Positions 49,930 to 55,184 of a DNA stretch of 55,184 bases are shown one piece after another (positions within the stretch are counted from its first letter, which is position 1; each line of letters starts with the position of its first letter). Source of the stretch: Toensbergia leucococca (taxonomy: Eukaryota); assembly GCA_022813965.1 (NCBI GenBank), contig JALDZS010000157.1:1-55184 (forward strand), written 5' to 3'. Below the pieces are notes generated by a model that saw nothing but the letters and a program-made list of their open reading frames with translations, did not search any database and was not told where the DNA came from. Position numbers and translations under genes: made by a program.

Positions 49930-52704
49930 TCAGATAGTCTCACACGAGTCCGCCTGGTCATCTAGGCTCTGGCAAGGAATATCACAATGCTGCTTATTTG
50001 TGTGCTCAGGTTGCCCGGCCTGATCGTGGGGAAACGGAGGAGGTTCACCAGTGAAAAAGACGCCAGGACCGTGTTTGATAGCGATGCCGACCGCGAGAAC
50101 AATAGTAAGGGAGAAACGGAACCAAAGGCGAAGGGTTCGACGAGAGGAGGGCTCAACACATTTTTTGCATGGTAGAGGTCTAGCACCAGGCTGGTTAGGG
50201 GTGGGTAACGTTCGAGAGAGATTACGCTGTGGTGTCTGAAGAGGTGGAGGCGGCGGTTCAGGAAGAATTGCGCCATTCTTGTTCCCTAGGTAATGCTCCA
50301 CAATTCTGGCGTTACTAGCCTGTGCAGAATACTGATGCCACAGGAATTCAATTGGCTTGTCTTCCTCACCTATCGTTCGGTCAGCCTCGTGTTTTCTTTT
50401 CCGTCGACGAGAGCCGAAAAGCAGACCTAAGAGCCACCACCCCATTCCACCAAGTCCAGCGCAGCCTAGCGTCCATGCGTTGTAAAGAATACGCTGTGCT
50501 AGGACAAAGGGATCTTGTTTTACTTGCCCTATCAGGTTGGTAAGTCTAGTGAACATCCCGTAGACTTTGCTCGTCGATGTATCCATGGCGTAGGTGGTTG
50601 ACTGTGGATGGGATTTTATGAGCGCTGGAGTTTTGCGTGATTCGGGAGTGCCCTTTTTACTACAAGGTGAGAAAGGACATAAGGAGACTTTTGATGCAGC
50701 AGTATTTGTAGGCGTATCGTCTGTCTCGGTAAGGGTAGAGTTGGTCGAGGTGTAGTTTTCTACGCCAACAGGAATAAGGCCATCTTCAAATTTCTGCCGG
50801 ATTTGAATCTCAGCGGCCTCAAGCTCTTTCATGAGACTCTGAGGCCTTGAGCGACTCGACAGTTGCGGTGTAGGAGAGCCCTCTCCCATCGCCTTGAGCG
50901 ATTCCATCAAAATCGAAGTAGACGAGTCTGTCACCTCACACTCACTCGTGGCACGAAGGTGCTCTAACCTGCCCTCTAATGCATCCAGCGCTCGCTTTTG
51001 TGCCCAAGTGGCAGATCGCCGACGACCCGGCTGCGTGGGAGTGGAGAAAGGCGAGCCATCGCTGGGCCTAGTCAGGAAGGCAGTTGTTGGATCCAAGGAT
51101 ATACTTGAGAGATCTCTCCTAGGAACGTCTGATAGTGCGTATATGGGTGCTGAAGCTGGCAAAGATGGTGTCACCGCTGCTGTCGGGAGGATCAATGGCT
51201 TCAAGGAACACGACCCGGAGGGAAACCGACGCATTCTGCGTTGTCGATTTCCAGACTTTGCATGAACATCACTGTTGGCCGGCAACGGCAAATTCCAAGC
51301 TGTTGCGCTTAATGAGGAACTCGACTGAATCGAGGTGGGTCTAGACGAAGAGGTTTGCATTGAACGAAATGAAGCTGAAATTCCAGAACTAGAATCCAAG
51401 GATTCCGATTGGTTGGGCTGCACCATTTCGGATGCATCTTCATGCGTCTCATCTCCCTTTGACTGATTTGATACTTCTGGAGATTCTGAAATGCTGGAAG
51501 TGGAGCCAAAGGTTCTAGAATGCCAGAATTCGGATTCTGAGACGGTACCCAAGGACAATCGTACACCGCCGGGGGACGAAGGCACCATGGCGAGCATGGA
51601 TCTAGGTCGAGGGGTTCGTTTTAGAGGATCAGCTTTGCTGGGCGATGTAACTGCCGAACAGGAATCGTGCCTGGAAGGAGATTGTACCAGTAATTCTGTC
51701 AGAACATCAATCCTCCTCTCTAGATTACGATTGATGTCTTCCAACGCTTCGGTATCTCTTAGCTTGACCTGCGTATTCTCAATTTCCCATTCCAGCTCCC
51801 GTATCCTGATATCCTTGATTTCCATATCATCTTCCAAGGCTTTGACTCGTGCTTTCAATGCTACTTCAGCTTCGAGAAAATGTTCTCTTTCGTCTCCAAC
51901 CCTTTCTGTGAAGTTCTTCTCCCATTCACATAATTCCTGACGCAATGATCGCGCCTCCAAGGTAAGAGCCCTGAGCTTTGCGGATTGGGCCTTGGTCCTT
52001 GTAGGTGAAGTGAGTGAGTCTAATTTGGTGTTTACGGCGGCAAGTTGGGATTCAAGGTGTTCGATATAGCTCGATGCTTCAAAGTTTGGCGACCGAGATT
52101 TAACCCGATCTACCTTGCGTGCCTTCACCTTCTTTGCTAAAGGCGAATTAAGTGATGGGGGTGTCTTCTGATTCAGTGTGCCTTCTTTGAGTTTCATCAT
52201 ACTGCTTGGGGTGCAGTCTACTAGCAATGGCGAGGAAGTAATACTTGTTTCGCGGTACCAGGACGTGTTGAGGTCGTCACTGGGCGATGCCGTAGCGGAT
52301 GGGCTATGCAGAGTCTTAGCAAGACTTGGTTTCGGGGACTTGCGCTTCCGCTGAGTGGAGTTATGAATCTCCTGGAGGATGTTCACAGGACTTGGTGGTA
52401 AGTCTTCACCATATAGCTTCCGCCTCTCCGGGTGTCTGGGGGAGTTCTCGTCGTTCACGGGATGACTGAATCGATCGGTAGCTTGAGAGGTGGGGCTGAA
52501 GATAGGACTTAGGCGCCGGGGAGGAAGAATGGGAGCTCGAAAGCCGGCATTGCGCAATTGAAGACGCCTGGTCTGTTGGTTGAAAGCTTGATGTTGGCGG
52601 TTAGGAGGCGGTGTATTATTGGGCGAATTTGCAGTGACTGATGGGCTAGGTGGTTGTCGGTCGTGCAAGCGTCCATCTGGCAACAGACGGACATTCGAAT
52701 CCAT
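49930..52704 (-). CDS. Large intronless hypothetical protein (924 aa): coiled coil, Ser/Pro-rich disordered region, two C-terminal hydrophobic segments
   Basis: Uninterrupted 2.8-kb ORF; heptad-like YIEHLESQLAAV...NRNLERRIDVLTELL; hydrophobic LGGMGWWLLGLLFG and WFRFSLTIVLAVGIAI. Confidence 0.85.
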   Translation of the reverse strand: MDSNVRLLPDGRLHDRQPPSPSVTANSPNNTPPPNRQHQAFNQQTRRLQLRNAGFRAPILPPRRLSPIFSPTSQATDRFSHPVNDENSPRHPERRKLYGEDLPPSPVNILQEIHNSTQRKRKSPKPSLAKTLHSPSATASPSDDLNTSWYRETSITSSPLLVDCTPSSMMKLKEGTLNQKTPPSLNSPLAKKVKARKVDRVKSRSPNFEASSYIEHLESQLAAVNTKLDSLTSPTRTKAQSAKLRALTLEARSLRQELCEWEKNFTERVGDEREHFLEAEVALKARVKALEDDMEIKDIRIRELEWEIENTQVKLRDTEALEDINRNLERRIDVLTELLVQSPSRHDSCSAVTSPSKADPLKRTPRPRSMLAMVPSSPGGVRLSLGTVSESEFWHSRTFGSTSSISESPEVSNQSKGDETHEDASEMVQPNQSESLDSSSGISASFRSMQTSSSRPTSIQSSSSLSATAWNLPLPANSDVHAKSGNRQRRMRRFPSGSCSLKPLILPTAAVTPSLPASAPIYALSDVPRRDLSSISLDPTTAFLTRPSDGSPFSTPTQPGRRRSATWAQKRALDALEGRLEHLRATSECEVTDSSTSILMESLKAMGEGSPTPQLSSRSRPQSLMKELEAAEIQIRQKFEDGLIPVGVENYTSTNSTLTETDDTPTNTAASKVSLCPFSPCSKKGTPESRKTPALIKSHPQSTTYAMDTSTSKVYGMFTRLTNLIGQVKQDPFVLAQRILYNAWTLGCAGLGGMGWWLLGLLFGSRRRKRKHEADRTIGEEDKPIEFLWHQYSAQASNARIVEHYLGNKNGAILPEPPPPPLQTPQRNLSRTLPTPNQPGARPLPCKKCVEPSSRRTLRLWFRFSLTIVLAVGIAIKHGPGVFFTGEPPPFPHDQAGQPEHTNKQHCDIPCQSLDDQADSCETI

Positions 52705-53459
52705 CTTGTGCGGAATGCTTGCTATTTAGGATTGCCCCATGCCCGAACTAGCAATGCATAAATGGATCCAAATGAGCTCATTGAGTGTGGGTGGGCAAGG
52801 CTAGTCTGGGGTGGTGTTGATTCCTTGAATTGATGTTTACGGATAATGGCAGCCGCATTCCTTATCAGAAACATGTATCTCACGAGACTGCTGATATGCG
52901 ATGGAACTTGAAATGATATCTGCTAGCAATGTTGATTAGGATGATGCGTGTAGTTGGTGGGCAAAGTGTTGAAATCAAGGCACTCCTGCCGATAGCAGTG
53001 TAACGGTTGTGAGCGTGTTTGTTTTCGTAGAGGGGCTTAAGGGGGTCTCATCTTGATTGACTTTCGGCGCTTATTCTATTTATTCTACCATTGGCCAGAG
53101 CACGCGAAATATCCGCGACAACATGTGACTCTGAACCCCTTTAACTCGTTAATACTTGTCACCACAAGTCTACTTCTCCTCCCGCTCCGTGCACTGATAA
53201 CGTTCAATCAAATCTTACCCTCGAGCTCGCGGCATACTGTTACGTAAGACACCGTCAGAGAAAAGTTTCAGAACGCGACTATCGATGCCAGCTCAGATGA
53301 GGTCACTCAATGGTTGAGACACAATATATTGATTGCATTCATGCGTAATGAGTACCTCCATGCCAGCTACCTTATTAATTTACAGGAAAACTCCACGAAA
53401 TTACCTTCATACAACAGTTTTGGTTTTCCTCATGCGCAATACAAACATCTTCCCTACCC

Positions 53460-54430
53460 CTAAATCAGCAGAGCGAAAGCTCCGAGCCCTGCCATTACGC
53501 CAGCTACATTGACAACCATTTGCCCCGCAGCCGCAGTTGCCTGTGGCGCACTTGTCGAAGAAGCCACTGAAGATGCTTCGGCGCTCGTCGAACTTGCTTC
53601 GGTACTAGAAGCCACCAACTGTGTGCTGGTTGAGGTCAAATTGGCAATTGCAGAAGTCTTGGTCTTTAGCGTAGCGGGAACTGTCATGTTCACCGATGGC
53701 GAGACGATACTGGACTCGATTGGAATGCCCGTACTGGCAACTGAAGTAGTTTGATATGTCGGTAAAGTAGAGTTGGCAGATGCGATCGACGCGGCTGATG
53801 TGAGTGAGGTTGCCGATGCACCGTAGGTAGCGGAGGTGGTCAGTGCACCGGAACCACTTGTGGTGAAGTAAGTAGCATTCGCAGCAGCGGTTGATGCACT
53901 CGGAGCCTGGACCTGCCCATCTGAGATTTGGGAGACGGGGTGCCCTGCTGTTGAGTATGACGATGAAGACGAAGAGGAGTACGCAGGATTGGAGATGCCG
54001 AATTGGGTGCTATATTGGTATTGACCAGTTGCATCCACGATGAGCTGCAGGCCGTAGTGCGTGGATTGGGGGACGAGGGAGTCGGAAGGAGTCCATGAGA
54101 ATGTGCCGGAGTTTGCAATGGAACTGGCAATGGGGTAGAGCGGCACAACATCAGTACTAGGGCCCTGGAGTAGAAGAATTGTCACGGTTCCTGCTGTTGT
54201 GGGCTAGAGCGCATGAAGAATTAGGAGCTGGTGGGTTTCACACGAGAGGGGCGAGAGAAAAGGGGACATACAGTCCATTGCACGGTGAAGGGTGTTCCTG
54301 CGGGAACGATCTGATTGAGCCCTGGGAGGACGATGGGATTGCCGCTTGGATTGGCGCCTACGGGTTGTGTGTAGGCTGATGCGAGGCCCACCAGGGCAGC
54401 AGAGAGAAGGGTGCAGATGGAGAACTGCAT
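53460..54430 (-). CDS. GPI-anchored Ser/Thr-rich cell-wall protein with a Kre9/Knh1-like N-terminal domain and one PIR repeat (intron about 54205..54271)
   Basis: Signal peptide MQFSICTLLSAALVGLASA, GNPIVLPGLNQIVPAGTPFTVQWT|PTTAGTVTILLLQGPS..NSGTFSWTP..YGLQLIVDATGQYQYSTQFGI, SQISDGQVQA, C-terminal GPI signal. Confidence 0.9.
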
Positions 54431-55184
54431 CTTTAAAATTATAGATAGTAGGTCTTGTAGAACTGTTTCCTGGTATATTTGGCGCCAAAAACGCTGTTAT
54501 GCGTGGACAGATGGAAACGAGTGACAATGGACAAGATGGCTGCGATTAAAAGAGTGACTGAAGTTGAGTGGAAAGAAAGAAACACTGCGCGACAGACTGA
54601 AAAGAGTGACAAAGTGAGGAACGACAAGGCGGGGGGGGGGAAGTCTGGGGAGGCATCTTTTATGAGTGAGCCGCCCCCGTTACTCTAATTAAAGTCATTC
54701 ACCGATTCCCCATGATTAGGCTAGGTACATGCATCTGCCCTTCGGCTTGGATACGAGATTCGGTGGTTTGAAGTGCTACAAGCTTTGCACTTGTCACTAG
54801 TTTGGATTGGCGTGATGTTTCCACGACGTGTTGACTGGAGCGAAAAGGCGAGGAGATTCAGGAGGTTCAGGCCTTGGCAACGGAGATTACCTACAGCTAT
54901 CCTCGTACCCGTGTATGTACTATGTAGTACCATTGAACATTCAACTACATTAACCTCTGGAACTTCACTCTCTGTCTACATAGATGAGACTTGATATCTC
55001 TAAAAACATTACAGCCACGACCAAAGGTGGAAAGGCACCGGGTCACGATACATTTTCTACTACGAGGTCAATTTTTAAAGTATTGCAAATGGCCAACGTA
55101 GGAATTTTGAGTCAACGTACCTGAATAGAATCATAACAACAACACACTTTTTGATCACTATTCTTCTATTCATCAACACCCTAC

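Overview
Eukaryotic DNA from a filamentous ascomycete (Pezizomycotina), with short GT-AG introns and CTAAC/CTGAC branch points. The left third looks accessory. It holds a decayed piggyBac transposase, a GNAT acetyltransferase, and a retropepsin-like gene converging on a DUF6594-like membrane protein gene. It also holds the most notable element: a compact three-gene aromatic module with no PKS/NRPS. The module is a phenol-hydroxylase-family FAD monooxygenase, a class II O-methyltransferase and an aromatic amino acid ammonia-lyase. The lyase has His at the Phe/Tyr selectivity position, so the set could form a plant-like Tyr -> p-coumarate -> caffeate -> ferulate route. A 640-bp MITE with an 8-bp TSD sits in the shared OMT/PAL divergent promoter. 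The rest is mostly conserved fungal genes: Exg1-type GH5 glucanase, allantoate-permease MFS, small Myb protein, BTB/POZ gene with a pseudogenised tandem copy, NCS1 purine-cytosine permease, NDUFAF3, Utr2/Crh GH16, Pho8, a large coiled-coil membrane protein and a GPI-anchored Kre9-like protein. There is also a second, hAT-type MITE and a tandem pair of unannotated small Cys/His proteins sharing a precise motif. No rRNA, tRNA or CRISPR features were recognised. Exon boundaries were read by eye and family calls come from motif recognition, not database searches.
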